A stretch of DNA of 64,000 nt from Calditrichia bacterium (GCA_963796965.1 CAWCNS010000009.1:320001-384000); one strand, 5' to 3'; counted from the first letter of the stretch, positions 36,294 to 47,651 are shown. Notes: generated by a model from the sequence alone, not told the origin. Numbers and translations: made by a program.

Positions 36294-37154
36294 ATGAATA
36301 GACCCGATACCCAAACTTACTCTAAAAGCAATGATGTCTTGACAAATTATTTCAGAGAGATTAGTAAGATTCCCCTTCTAACGCCAGAGGAAGAGGTACA
36401 ATTAGCTTCCAGGATCCGCCAAGGCGATAAAAAAGCGTTAACCAAACTAATCCGGGCTAATTTGAAATTTGTCGTAAAGGTTGCCCTGGAATATAGAAAT
36501 CAGGGATTACCTTTAGAGGATTTGATCAATGAAGGCAATCTGGGATTAATAAAAGCGACCAGACGTTTTGACGAGACCAAGGGATTTAAATTTATCTCCT
36601 ATGCCGTCTGGTGGATCAGACAAAGCATTTTGCAGTCTTTGACAGAACAAACCCGCACGGTTCGCTTACCCGCAAACCAGATTGCAACTATCAATCAGAT
36701 TGGAAAATCGTATAATTCCCTGGAACAAGTCTTTGAACGCGAACCTACACCTGAAGAAATCGCTAACAGATTAGAATTAACACCGGGTAAAATAAATTTC
36801 ATTTCTCAATCTATGGGGAGACAATATTCTCTTGATGCTTTTATCTCATCTGATAAAGAGACAAGTTTGCTCGATGTTACAGGTGATGATAAACCATTGT
36901 CACTTGACCAGGAGAGTGGTAATCAATCACTAAGAGAAGAAATCGACAGGGTATTGCAAACACTCTCCAAAAAAGAAGCGGATATCTTACGCATGTACTT
37001 CGGATTTGACGGCGAGCATCCTGCAACCCTGGAGGAAATTGGCATAAAATTCTGTCTCACCAGGGAGCGGGTTCGTCAAATAAAAGAAAAGGCTATTTTC
37101 CGTCTAAGACATAAATCCCGCAGCAGGCAATTGAGACAGTTTATTGATCTATAG
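36294..37154 (+). CDS. Sigma-70 family factor, short RpoD/SigA-like
   Basis: ANLKFVV, DLINEGNLGL, GFKFISYAVWWIRQSI and TRERVRQI motifs. Lacks region 1.1. Confidence 0.92.
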   Translation: MNRPDTQTYSKSNDVLTNYFREISKIPLLTPEEEVQLASRIRQGDKKALTKLIRANLKFVVKVALEYRNQGLPLEDLINEGNLGLIKATRRFDETKGFKFISYAVWWIRQSILQSLTEQTRTVRLPANQIATINQIGKSYNSLEQVFEREPTPEEIANRLELTPGKINFISQSMGRQYSLDAFISSDKETSLLDVTGDDKPLSLDQESGNQSLREEIDRVLQTLSKKEADILRMYFGFDGEHPATLEEIGIKFCLTRERVRQIKEKAIFRLRHKSRSRQLRQFIDL

Positions 37155-37306
37155 GAATTAATACCAATTTAAACGGTATTTAAGGTAAACGATCTTACTG
37201 ACTATATATTGATCACACCTTGTTTTTTTCTTTCCCTTTGATTAGACTTATCAACTTTATTTGTGAAAACCATAAATAAATCGGTTTTAAATCATCCACG
37301 ATTTGG

Positions 37307-37336
37307 CCAGCATCAAGCATCCAGCATCTAGTATCT
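37307..37336. repeat. Degenerate heptamer array (CxAGCAT)x4
   Basis: CCAGCAT CAAGCAT CCAGCAT CTAGTAT. Confidence 0.6.
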
Positions 37337-37446
37337 AAACTGACCCTATTTTTATTTACATTTCATTTACCAAATACTATATTAGACTCGATATGCTATG
37401 TAAATCTGACTGTAAATGCTAATATTTTTCTCTTATTCAATATGAC

Positions 37447-37472
37447 TGCATCCATTCCATATCTCATGCGTT
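37447..37472 (+). promoter_or_regulatory. Candidate autoregulatory ECF promoter
   Basis: TGCATC-N16-CGTT about 20 nt before the ECF ATG, resembling SigW-type TGAAAC-N16-CGT. Confidence 0.4.
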
Positions 37473-37491
37473 TAGGATAGTAAGGGTAACT

Positions 37492-38091
37492 ATGCAACTG
37501 AAAAGTAACATGCATTTCCCGGACGAGGATCTGATGTTAAGGTATCGCAAAGGGGATGAAGATGCCTTTGAGATGCTCTACCGAAGATATGAGAAACCGG
37601 TATTCTCCTTTATCTACCGCATCCTAATGAGTGCTGTTGATGCGGAAGATATTTGTCAGGAAACATTCCTGAGGCTGGTAAAAGAGAAAATGAAATATCA
37701 GGCATCCGGGAACTTTAAAACATGGATTTTTCGAATTGCCCTTAATTTGTGCCGGGATCGATTAAGAAGAAAAAAATTCCGTTCTCATCGTTCTATTGAT
37801 GTACATTCCCTTTCTCAAAACGGTAATATAAATGAATTCGAAAATTCCTTATCCGATCCCACCCCTGATCAAATAGATTGTATGGAAAAAAATGAAATGA
37901 AAGTTCTTATACAAAAAGCTTTCGCAAAATTGCCTGAAAAACAACGTACGGTGGTTATCATGAAGGAATATCAAGCCTTGAAATTCTCAGAAATTGCAGA
38001 TATCATGAAAAGTCCCCTTGGAACCATCAAATCATTAAATCACAGAGGACGTCAAAAACTGAAAAAAATCTTAGTCAACTATATCGATTAA
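37492..38091 (+). CDS. ECF sigma factor
   Basis: GDEDAFEMLY, DAEDICQETFL, FKTWIFRIALN and EIADIMKSPLGTIKS motifs. Confidence 0.93.
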   Translation: MQLKSNMHFPDEDLMLRYRKGDEDAFEMLYRRYEKPVFSFIYRILMSAVDAEDICQETFLRLVKEKMKYQASGNFKTWIFRIALNLCRDRLRRKKFRSHRSIDVHSLSQNGNINEFENSLSDPTPDQIDCMEKNEMKVLIQKAFAKLPEKQRTVVIMKEYQALKFSEIADIMKSPLGTIKSLNHRGRQKLKKILVNYID

Positions 38092-38097
38092 AATAAT

Positions 38098-38272
38098 CTG
38101 GATAATTTATCTCTCGCGGCGGCGCAGCGACGCAACGATAGTTCTCCTTTTGTCATGCCGTAGGCATCTTTGCTCTTGTCGATACAAATATTCCTTTTCT
38201 GATATATCAGAGGCAAGCAACTGCAAAGATCCTTATCAGCCACGGCTGATCCGCCGGGGCGGACAGGATGAC
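38098..38272. repeat. Composite repeat: a CGCxGCG arm plus a GTCAT...ATGAC element with nested hairpins
   Basis: 38098-38139 matches ~50964-51005. GTCATGCC..AGATCCT[ATCAGCCACGGCTGAT/TCCGCCGGGGCGGA]CAGGATGAC. Confidence 0.65.
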
Positions 38273-38318
38273 TTTAAAAGAAAGTAAGATAAAATGATAA
38301 ATAGAATAGGTAAATCAT

Positions 38319-39302
38319 ATGTCTATATGTAAAGATATTCAAAAAGAATTGGAAGCTTTTACCAGCGGCGAAACAGATGCAATAAAAACAATTGAGATAC
38401 AAGATCATTTGAAGGATTGCCCAACGTGCTCACAGGTATTAAAAGAATCAACCAGATTATCTGAAGTTTTTCAAACCTGGGAAGCGATAGAACCACCACC
38501 TGATCTGTATGAAAATCTACAGGCTCAAATAAAATCAGCAGATTCTTACCATCAGAAGATCATATTAAATCCTTTGGTGAAAAAAGTGGTTCTTGAATTC
38601 GCCAAAGTTGCAGCGGTTGCAATTATTACACTCGCGATTAGTTACTGGATTCTGTATCCCCTGCCGGAGACGGATGACGATTCTATGATTATCAATCTTT
38701 ATTTGAAAGAACATCAAAGCGTTGTCGCTCAGACCGTATCGACAGATCTCTCGACATCGCCGGCTACGCGCCTGCAGATAAACCGGGATGACATCCTCTA
38801 CTATGAGTTTTTCGACCAGAGACCCGAATATATACGACCAGGTATTATAATGAGAAGGCCGGGGTCGCAGCAAAAGATTACTTCTCCGGATGCGCCGGCG
38901 ATCAGAAATGGCCAGATTCTTACACTCCCTCAGGCACAGAAAAGTGTGACGTTTGACTTAAATCCACCACCACGTCTTCACCCGGGTTATATACTTGATA
39001 AAATCAGGAAAATTGAAGGGCGGAACAGTCTGCAATTACTATATACAAATGGTATCAATACAATATCGCTGTTCGAGCAGCCTTTAGAGGGAGAACAGAG
39101 GCTTGCTGCCCGGGATTTCAGGGAATATGCCGTTTACCAGTACCAGGGACAATCGGGCGGGACGATTCTTGCCTGGAGCGATAATAAACTATCTTATGTA
39201 CTGATTGGTACTACGGAAATGTCCCGCTTAATGGATATGGCACAATCTATCAGTGCTAAAAGTAATGTAAAAAGTTCTATGAGAAATAGGATAAATAAAT
39301 GA
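38319..39302 (+). CDS. Zinc-binding (ZAS) transmembrane anti-sigma factor
   Basis: HLKDCPTC (HxxxCxxC), one TM helix, and a periplasmic domain with LLYTNGINTISLFEQP (RseB/MucB C-terminal-like). Confidence 0.85.
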   Translation: MSICKDIQKELEAFTSGETDAIKTIEIQDHLKDCPTCSQVLKESTRLSEVFQTWEAIEPPPDLYENLQAQIKSADSYHQKIILNPLVKKVVLEFAKVAAVAIITLAISYWILYPLPETDDDSMIINLYLKEHQSVVAQTVSTDLSTSPATRLQINRDDILYYEFFDQRPEYIRPGIIMRRPGSQQKITSPDAPAIRNGQILTLPQAQKSVTFDLNPPPRLHPGYILDKIRKIEGRNSLQLLYTNGINTISLFEQPLEGEQRLAARDFREYAVYQYQGQSGGTILAWSDNKLSYVLIGTTEMSRLMDMAQSISAKSNVKSSMRNRINK

Positions 39303-39602
39303 AACCACAGAGAACTCAGAGAAGAACTCTGAGAACTCTTAAAAAATATTCAATCAGAGCAATTATTTAGAAAAAATTTACCACTTTTTAAAAAATCGAT
39401 TTTTAAAAGTATTCCTATTGCTCAGATGTTGGTTCATTTAGAAATATGGCATATATGAGTTAAGCTAGTAATTAATCTTAGTGTTGAATGCTTTAGAGTC
39501 TGACTGAAGAAAGATATATAATAAGAGGTCACAGAGGGGAGGAAAAGAATAAATCCGTTTAAATCAATAAATATCAAATAATTACTCTGTGCCTCTGTGG
39601 TT
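39303..39602. repeat. Inverted-arm element (CACAGAG type)
   Basis: AACCACAGAGAACTCAGAG...CTCTGTGCCTCTGTGGTT. Confidence 0.7.
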
Positions 39603-39640
39603 ATTTTTTACACTACCACTAAGTATAATAGGAGAGAATC

Positions 39641-41833
39641 ATGAGGAAAATAACTTTCTTTTCAGTAGTGATATTTATCTCTTTAGCTTTTATCTGGACA
39701 ATAGTCGTTTTGCCTTCCGACGATTCTGATTCGGACAGGGACAATCTGGCAGACCAGCATTTCACCCAGGCAGTTGAATTCATCAATAAACTGATGTTTG
39801 ATGAAGCAATTGTTGAGCTGGAACAAGTGATAAAGCTGGTCCCTGAAAGCAAAATTGCAATGGATGCCCAGTATTGGATTGGCCAATCCTATTTTAAAAC
39901 CGGAAATTTTGATGATGCCTTATCCACGTTAGAAAAGCTCATCGACCAATATCCGGAAAGTGCTATCATTCCTGTGACACAACTGATGGTGGGACGCGTG
40001 CAACAGGCAAAAGAAAATGAGAAACTAAAAAGTACAACAAGCGACGCATCGGAAAAAGGTGTAATCATTGATCAGAATACCGGCGTAAAATATACCAGGA
40101 CAATGACATTCGCAGGTAAAAGGGATGTGATTGAATATACGACAGATCTCAATCTCTCCCCAAATAGTAAGTTACTGTTGAATTGGAATCTTGTGATTCC
40201 ATTGGATGGTGGTGACCCTTTTGATCTCGTCGACATACCCGCGGGGCGGGGCACCTGGTCACCAGATGGGAAAAAAGCAGTCTTTTTCTCGAAAGAGGGC
40301 ATTTGGATAGTTACTGTATCAGCAGAGACAGGACATTCAACAGGCCCACCCAGGAAACTGCTTACTGGGAATTACATGTATGGGCTTAATGTGAGTTGGT
40401 CTCCTGATGGGCAGAAGTTCGCTTATGAGAGGAAGGATAAGGATGATCCCGGAAACATATATACCTTCTCGGTAAGAGATAATATGCTAACACAGATTAC
40501 GAATGATCCTATTCGGGAATATTTACCTAAATGGTCTCCCGATGGCCAAACCATCGCCTACAAAAAGGGAAGAGAAACCTGGGTAATCCCTGCCGAAGGT
40601 GGATTGCCCAAAAAGATCAGCAGCGATAATGGTCGTCTCATTTCCTGGTCACCTGACGGAGAGTGGCTTGTCCACCGACCTAGTTATAAGAAGCTCCGGT
40701 TTGTCCGCCTCACCGACGGGCGCGAGTTTGACATGGTTTTACCTGAAGAGACAGGACTCCATTTCGCTTGGTCACCTGATGGGAAGAAGATGCTTTTCTA
40801 CAGATCGTCCTACGATTGGAGATCAGCTCTCAAAGTCGTGTCAGCTGCCGGAGGTCCGTCCTTTGAACTCGGAAGTAAGTTTGTACTCTGGCCATATCTC
40901 CAGTTCTGGTCTTCTGATAGTAAGATGATAGTTACGGAGGGGGAAGGAGGCTTCTGGATAAGCCCCCTCGCTAGCGGCGATCCTTTCCCATTCAAACTGG
41001 ATATATCGGTCGATGGAGAACCGTATCCCTGCCGATTATCGCCTGACAGCAAGAAGTTCCTCTTCGCCGTAAAACGAAAAGACGGGATGAAGAGCCTCTG
41101 GGTAGTTCCAATTTCGCTGAAAGATGGCCGGACGACCGGCCCTGCCGTGATGGTTTTAAGTGAGATGGATACAAGACGCCCATGTTATAGGGTCTGCTCC
41201 TGGTCTCCTGATGGAACAAAGATTGCAATAATCCATAAGGAGGACATCTGGATCGCATCTGCCGAGGGCGGTGAACCAATACAGCTCACAAAAACTTCGG
41301 AAGACAAACTTCGTCCAAATTGGTTGCCCGGAGGGGATATGATCGCTTATACAGCCTATCACTCACAGAAGGAACAATCACTTATGGTAATCTCTGCATC
41401 TGGAGGTGAACCGAGGAAAGTGTTAGAAACTGTTGAGGAATATACCTGGTCCCCGGATGGTAAAGAACTTGCCTTCATCTCCGAACGATTCATCTTGGTT
41501 AATCCCATAGCTGGCGGCGAGTCTCGCCAGATTGCCGACTTGCAGGAACTGGGTGTGGATATAACAATAGGACTTTGCTGGTCTCCAGACGGGAAAAACC
41601 TCGCCTTTGTTAGCAAAACTGCAGACAAACCAGGCCTAATATTCCTGGTATCAGCTACAGGGGGCAATGTTCGCACCCTTGGCGCTGATGACTTCGGCGA
41701 GATGGATCTCCTCTATTGGTCTCCTGATGGAAAATGGATCTCCTATGCCTCAGATAAATTTGTTAAGGCACGCCCCGAAGGATCGATATGGGAAGCAGAT
41801 TTTAAGGAGGTTTTGTCAAAATTATTAGATTAA
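39641..41833 (+). CDS. Exported TPR + TolB-like (PD40) double beta-propeller protein, module 1
   Basis: N-terminal hydrophobic segment, TPR (AQYWIGQSYFKTG) and many WSPDG repeats. Confidence 0.85.
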   Translation: MRKITFFSVVIFISLAFIWTIVVLPSDDSDSDRDNLADQHFTQAVEFINKLMFDEAIVELEQVIKLVPESKIAMDAQYWIGQSYFKTGNFDDALSTLEKLIDQYPESAIIPVTQLMVGRVQQAKENEKLKSTTSDASEKGVIIDQNTGVKYTRTMTFAGKRDVIEYTTDLNLSPNSKLLLNWNLVIPLDGGDPFDLVDIPAGRGTWSPDGKKAVFFSKEGIWIVTVSAETGHSTGPPRKLLTGNYMYGLNVSWSPDGQKFAYERKDKDDPGNIYTFSVRDNMLTQITNDPIREYLPKWSPDGQTIAYKKGRETWVIPAEGGLPKKISSDNGRLISWSPDGEWLVHRPSYKKLRFVRLTDGREFDMVLPEETGLHFAWSPDGKKMLFYRSSYDWRSALKVVSAAGGPSFELGSKFVLWPYLQFWSSDSKMIVTEGEGGFWISPLASGDPFPFKLDISVDGEPYPCRLSPDSKKFLFAVKRKDGMKSLWVVPISLKDGRTTGPAVMVLSEMDTRRPCYRVCSWSPDGTKIAIIHKEDIWIASAEGGEPIQLTKTSEDKLRPNWLPGGDMIAYTAYHSQKEQSLMVISASGGEPRKVLETVEEYTWSPDGKELAFISERFILVNPIAGGESRQIADLQELGVDITIGLCWSPDGKNLAFVSKTADKPGLIFLVSATGGNVRTLGADDFGEMDLLYWSPDGKWISYASDKFVKARPEGSIWEADFKEVLSKLLD

Positions 41834-41876
41834 GACTGAGGTCAGAAAATATTAATACATAGAATTGATAAAGGAT

Positions 41877-41966
41877 AAGGGGACACAATGTCCCAAATAC
41901 TGTGCCCCCCGATAATGCTCTTATTATTATGCTTTTATTCCGGCAGGAAGTTTTCCATTACCCAGG
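41877..41966 (-). pseudogene. Orphan 3' end plus terminator of a lost propeller paralog
   Basis: 41935-41964 encodes WVMENFLPE-stop. The adjacent hairpin matches 47759-47805. Confidence 0.7.
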
Positions 41967-41996
41967 TTACTCCAGATTTTACGATTGGAGCTGGTA

Positions 41997-44519
41997 TTAT
42001 TTCAAGAGTTTTTCTTTAATTTCCTCAAAATTAGCTTCCCACATGGTACTTTCAGGACGTATTTTTTCCAGTTTATAAGAAAGATAACAGATCCATTTCC
42101 CATCAGGCGACCATGAAATATCATATTTAACACTTAAATCACCGGTGGCAAGTTCGGTTAGTTTACCACCCTTTGCAGGGATCCTATATAAATGATTTTT
42201 ATTTATAGGTTCTGCGTTTTCTATTCCAACAAAAACCAGGTTTTCGCCATCCGGTGACCAGCAGAAGTTAGAAGCATCATCCAGCCCCTGAGTTTTTACA
42301 TCCAGAATTATCCGGGTTTCATTCGTTTTGATGTTGCGAATCGATATTTTTCCATTTGATAATGCAGCCACAGATTTGCTGTCGGGAGACCAGGACGAGG
42401 CCAAAAGCCCATAATCAAGATCCCTGAATATTTTTATTGGATCTCCCCCTTCTGAAGGGATTATCCGGGTTTCAACTTTCCAATCAGGTTTATCAACGAA
42501 AATCCAATAACTTAGCATCCGGCTGTTAGGAGACCAAGCAATCCATTTTTTCTTTTCAGGTGTTTTTGTTATTTGTTTAAGGTTCATTTTGTCAATGTCA
42601 TAAACCCAGATGTTTTCCTTATAGTTTAGTGCCAATTTTGTTCCATCAGGTGACCATGATAATTGGGTATTTCCATAGCCACCTGAATACGACCAATTTT
42701 CAATGATTCTGATCGCAGGTCCATTAACCCTGGCTTCTTCGATTGAAATCGGAGCTATATAGAAATCCTCCTTATCATTTTCCTTGACTACCTCAAAAAG
42801 AAGGTACTTTTGATCTGGTGAAACACGGAAATGACGTGGTTTTCCATCCACATCGTTATCCAGGTCCAGCAGGAAGGATTCCCCGCCTGCAATTGGCACG
42901 ATCCTTATGGCAACATCGCCTTCTTCCATTTGGTTTTCTTCCTCTCCATCTACGATGATCATCTTGCTGTTTTTTGACCACTGGGCTCCATACACAGGAA
43001 GATGGGGTACAGGTTCACAGGATGGGCCACCTGAACCAGATGCCACTTTCATTCCCCACATGATTTTATAGGATGATCGGAAGAACAATACCTTTTTGCC
43101 TTCCGGTGGCCAGGACAAATAACTTCCTACTTTCTCCGGCGGATTAACTTTGAATTCCAGTTTATCTGATAACCGTATGAAATTTAAGGACCTTCCCCAA
43201 TTGTATATGGCTTCATCGCTGAACAGCCACTTTCCGTCCGGCGACCAGGAAGGAAAGGTATGCCTGCGATCAATAAATTTCCAGGGTGTTCCACCCTCTG
43301 AGGGGCACAACCACATATCTGCATTCGGGCCTTGAAATGCAATGGTAGTACCATCCGGGGAACAGGCCGGAGCAATCTGAGGGATGGTGGCATTGGCAAG
43401 GGGCCTGGTCATGCCATCTGAAATAGACAAGGACCAGATTTCATGATAATCTTTTTTGTCTATAAAACTAAAAAAGATCTTTTTACTGTCAGGCGACCAG
43501 TTGAGATTACCTATCAGATTGTAGATTCCACTCAACAGGTTTTTTGCAGGCCCTTCAGTATGACCTGTTTCCGGAGATACAGGCACTATGTAAATAGAAG
43601 AATCTTCTCTACTCCTAAAAGCAACTTTATTTCCCTCCGGAGACCATGAGCTTTGACCTACCTGCATGTCAATGAACTCAAACGGGTCACTGCCATCCAT
43701 CGGGACAATGGTATTACTTATTATGAGAAACTTTCCGTTTGGCGAAAGGTGAGTGGCTGGTGTCCATCTAATTAAATCATTTTTCCCTGTAAATGTTTTG
43801 ATTTTGGTGTAGGAAATCCCCGTTTCCGGGTCAATAATTATATTTTCGTCTGAATAATCATTGACCATCTCCGGATTTTTGTTATTATCCATGGCATACT
43901 CAACCTGTGCTACCATTAATTCGGTAACCGGGGTGATATTGCTTTCAGGAAATTCCTCGATTAACTTTTTAAAGGTAGCTAATGCCGTATCGTACCGCCC
44001 TGCCCTGAACCAGGATTGCCCGATGCAATAACGGGCATTCTGTGCCAAGAGGGTGTTTGGATCGAATTTGATCGCATTTTTATATTCTTCAATGGCCGAT
44101 TCATATTCCCACTGACTAAATAATTCATTCCCTTTTTTTAGATGCTGTTCAGCCTTTTTACTGATGTCAGCAACATAGGCTTTAAGATACCTCACTCTCT
44201 CTTTTGCCAAAGCCACTTCATTCTTTTGTTCCGGGTACTTATTAATAACATCCTGAAAGGCTTTTTTGGCTTGTTTCAACCCTAGTTTTTCGTAGCACAA
44301 TCCAATATGGAGCAGTGCCTTGGCCGCAATTGGCCTATTATCCGAAAACTTGTCGACGATTGTTTGATACACCTCAATCGCTTTTTCCAGTTCGCCCTTA
44401 ACCTCTTCGAGTTGAATACCTTTAGAAAGGAGTTCCTCAGCGGTTTGGGCGAAGGCCTGGTAGTTTCCCAATATCAGGCCAAGGGCCATGCATAGTGCAA
44501 GTGTCTTTTTGTGGTTCAT
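41997..44519 (-). CDS. Secreted double-TPR-block + PD40 beta-propeller protein, module 2
   Basis: GGAGG before ATG 44519, signal peptide ending AFA|Q, TPRs and WSPDG repeats. Confidence 0.88.
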   Translation of the reverse strand: MNHKKTLALCMALGLILGNYQAFAQTAEELLSKGIQLEEVKGELEKAIEVYQTIVDKFSDNRPIAAKALLHIGLCYEKLGLKQAKKAFQDVINKYPEQKNEVALAKERVRYLKAYVADISKKAEQHLKKGNELFSQWEYESAIEEYKNAIKFDPNTLLAQNARYCIGQSWFRAGRYDTALATFKKLIEEFPESNITPVTELMVAQVEYAMDNNKNPEMVNDYSDENIIIDPETGISYTKIKTFTGKNDLIRWTPATHLSPNGKFLIISNTIVPMDGSDPFEFIDMQVGQSSWSPEGNKVAFRSREDSSIYIVPVSPETGHTEGPAKNLLSGIYNLIGNLNWSPDSKKIFFSFIDKKDYHEIWSLSISDGMTRPLANATIPQIAPACSPDGTTIAFQGPNADMWLCPSEGGTPWKFIDRRHTFPSWSPDGKWLFSDEAIYNWGRSLNFIRLSDKLEFKVNPPEKVGSYLSWPPEGKKVLFFRSSYKIMWGMKVASGSGGPSCEPVPHLPVYGAQWSKNSKMIIVDGEEENQMEEGDVAIRIVPIAGGESFLLDLDNDVDGKPRHFRVSPDQKYLLFEVVKENDKEDFYIAPISIEEARVNGPAIRIIENWSYSGGYGNTQLSWSPDGTKLALNYKENIWVYDIDKMNLKQITKTPEKKKWIAWSPNSRMLSYWIFVDKPDWKVETRIIPSEGGDPIKIFRDLDYGLLASSWSPDSKSVAALSNGKISIRNIKTNETRIILDVKTQGLDDASNFCWSPDGENLVFVGIENAEPINKNHLYRIPAKGGKLTELATGDLSVKYDISWSPDGKWICYLSYKLEKIRPESTMWEANFEEIKEKLLK

Positions 44520-44577
44520 TTTAACCTCCAATTTTTTGGTGAATAAATATTTTTCACCTCCAATATGCACTAGGCCA

Positions 44578-44625
44578 TGTTAAAAGTCGCAAAGAAAGTA
44601 TGAAAAGTTGTAAACGTTATGTAAA
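44578..44625 (-). promoter_or_regulatory. OmpR-type direct-repeat box (TGTAAA flavour as read on +)
   Basis: Half-sites TGTTAA, CGCAAA, TATGAA, TGTAAA, TGTAAA at 44578, 44588, 44599, 44609, 44620. Confidence 0.55.
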
Positions 44626-44640
44626 AACTTACAGCCGTGT

Positions 44641-45321
44641 TCATTCCAGAAATTTGTAACCTGTACCATGAATCGTGATTATATGCTCTGGTTCTCCGGC
44701 TTGTCCTCTATTTTCTGACGTAGCTTAGCAATGTGGGCATCAACCGTGCGTGTATTCGGGTAAGAATCGTAACCCCAGACCTGGTTGAGAAGATCCTCCC
44801 GTGAAACGATTTCTCCACGCCTTTCAATGAAGTATTTGAGTATCTCATATTCCCGCGGTGAAAGTGTGAGAGACTGGCCTTTTTTCCTGGCGGAATACTT
44901 TCTAAAGTCGATTTCGAGATCTCCGGATCGGTACACTTCCGGGACCCGTGTGCCGGATTGCCCACGCCTTAGAACAGCCTTGATACGGGCGAGAAGTTCA
45001 AGGACACTGAAAGGCTTTGTGATGTAATCATCCGCTCCCAAGCTCCAGTCCGGTGACAATCTCCGCTTCCTGGCTTTTTGCCGTTAAGATAATGATAGGA
45101 AGTTCAGGGATTTCTTGTTTCAGGCTCTTGCACACTTCGTAACCATTGCGCTTTGGCAGCATCAGGTCCAGAATCACAAGATCAGGATGTTCCTTGAGTG
45201 CTTTCTGATAACCTTCCTCCCCATCATAGGCAGCGATGACAGTATAGTCACGTGCCTCGAGGTTGAATTTCAAACCAGTAACCATGTCTTTTTCATCTTC
45301 AACAATGAGGATTTTTTTCAT
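44641..45321 (-). CDS. OmpR/PhoB-family response regulator, module 2 (frameshifts near 45035 and 44685)
   Basis: ILIVEDE, LDLMLP, GADDYITKPF and RTVDAHIAKLRQKIE. The corrected end is HIITIHGTGYKFLE, with stop at 44641. Confidence 0.9.
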
Positions 45322-45353
45322 TCTTGCTCACTCCAATTAATTCATAACGCAGC

Positions 45354-45487
45354 ATCCCGATTCATCGGGATAAACAAAAAAAAGAAATCCACGAATTACA
45401 CGAATTGACACGAATTAGAACACGGATTTCATATTATAAAATTATTATTTTAGTTTTAATCCATGTAAATCTGTGTAATCCGTGGAT
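45354..45487. repeat. ATCCCGA-TTCA-TCGGGAT hairpin plus inverted-arm element (CACGAAT type)
   Basis: ATCCACGAATTACACGAATTGACACGAATT...CTGTGTAATCCGTGGAT. Confidence 0.8.
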
Positions 45488-45519
45488 AAAAGTTTTTGGC
45501 CACAATAGCATAAATCCCT

Positions 45520-45547
45520 GTAGAAGCGATTCGCGAACCGCCCCTAC
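45520..45547 (-). repeat. GTAG-type REP palindrome that supplies the kinase stop codon
   Basis: The minus strand reads GTAGGGGCGGTTCGCGAATCGCTTCTAC. Confidence 0.7.
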
Positions 45548-47651
45548 AATGGAATTCTGATCGTAAATGTGCTGCCTTCACCGACCTCACTTTTGACATC
45601 TATCGTCCCACCATGTGCCTCAATAATATGCTTTGCTAACGTTAAGCCTAATCCACTACCTCTTGTCTCTTTTGTCTTAATCGTATGCACGCGATAAAAT
45701 TTGTCAAAGATTTTCTTTAACTGTTCTTTTGGTATTCCCACACCGTGATCTGTAACCGAAATCAGAGCTGCAGTTGAATTCTTGCCAACCTCGACACCAA
45801 TATATTGCCTGTCTTCTGAATACTTCACAGCATTGCTGAGCAGGTTTAGTAGCACCTGCGAGATTGCATCCTTATCAATCTTAGGCATCACTAATTTACC
45901 TGGCAGTTTACTTTCAATTTCAAATCCGAGGTCGCGAACATGAAATTTATAGGCCTCCAATGAGTTACGCACAACCTCAACAAGATCGGCTTCTTCGAAG
46001 ATGTATTCCTTGTTTCCAGAATCTATCCTGGAAAAATCAAGCACATTGTTGATCAGGTGTGTGAGACGTTCACTTTCTTTCCTGATAATGCTATAAAATT
46101 CCCGCCGCTTACTCTCATCGGTAACGATGCCCGTATCAAGGGTTTCACCAAACATACGGATAAGCGCCAGTGGTGTTTTGAGCTCATGAGAAACATTCGA
46201 GACAAACTCTGACCGGATCCGTGAGACCTCCGACTCATGAATGACTGCCCGGACAGTAAAAACAATTCCAATCAGCATCACAACAATGATTCCGATGAAA
46301 AGGGCCAGATAGAGTTGCCTTTCTCTTCCCACAAGTTCTTCGATCGATTTTCCATCTTGGTCGAACAGGGCCACCTTCCAGGTAACAAAGAGTTCAGAGA
46401 AATTTTCAGCTACCAGGTAGTTTTTTACAGGTCGATCCTGCAGGGGATAAAGCAAGCTATCTTTTTCGTCGAGAACTCCTGTGAACACATCTCTTCCGAG
46501 GTCGATACTCGTCAATATTTCCGGAAGGACGTTTGAAAGGATATATTCATTTTCGATCTGATAACCCAATGCCAACAATTGAGATTGTTGAGATGTTAGG
46601 TGGGAGTGTAAAGTACCCGAGTTGAACTATCGAATTATTTTCTTGCCAGGAAATGTGTTGTGGATGTAACTCAGCAACTGTTCCAGGTTTGAGATTAGAC
46701 TCTATCTCATGGACAATATTTTTATAAATGTACTTAATAAACCGAATCTGCTCGAGCAGCTTGCCTTCCCGGTTCATCAATTCCCTAATATTTTTTTCGC
46801 TAGGATTGATGTTGGAACTCGGTGGATCAAAACTTTGAATTTTCGTACTTGCAGATTTTAGATAGTAGAGGTAATCCCCTCCGCTGAGATCCCACGGATG
46901 GTCAAGCAATCGTTGGTAGAGTTCCAACATGACCTTATATTGTTCTTTAGAATCATTCATCGCCCCGTAACCATCGGCAATTTGAGACAGAGCAACTATC
47001 GATGCAGGAACTTTCCCTATGGTTACTTCCTCGTTCCCCAACCTTAGTATCTTTTTGTACTCATTGATTCCCTCTTTAATTTTCCCCATCTTGAAATAGC
47101 AACGTCCAATCCGCGACAAAAGCAGAGGACGTTCCTGAGAAGATGTCGTATAGACCAGCGCTTTCCTGTAAAGCACTATTGCATCACCAAAGTCATTCTT
47201 GATAAATTCGGCCTTTTCCGCCAAATTAAAATTGGCTGCCGTTTGCGGATTTCTAAAAGTCTGGGATTTTTTCGATTTCTCCCATCCAAATGAAAAGGAG
47301 GTGGAGATCAAACCTCCATCAGCATTGACAAGGAATGGATGTTTAGAGTGCAGGATTGTCTGATTCTGCATTTCGGAGCAACACTTTCAGGTCATCATTT
47401 TTAGTTAGGGTAGGGAATAATTCAATCAAACTGTTGCGGAGATTCTCTTCCAGTTGGATAACTTCGCGCTCCAGCTTATCACGCACCAACCTAATCGTAC
47501 CAAGGTACTTTGTCCTCAGGTTTTCTGCGCTTTGATCAATTGACCGGAGACCAAGATAGCTGAGGATGACACTTGGAAGCAGAATTAAGATAAAAACAAC
47601 AAATAGAATTTTGGTCTTAGGGCTGATATGCTTAAGAGATTTTAGCATCAT
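45544..47651 (-). CDS. Membrane sensor histidine kinase with periplasmic TPR, module 2 (frameshifts near 47346 and 46597)
   Basis: Two TM helices. SHELKTPL, NLLSNAVKYS, DHGVGI and GSGLGL motifs. Three overlapping ORFs. Confidence 0.88.

Noticed and set aside
36294..37154. Naming this gene rpoD
   Set aside because: It is RpoD-like, but the primary sigma cannot be told from a paralog without the rest of the genome.
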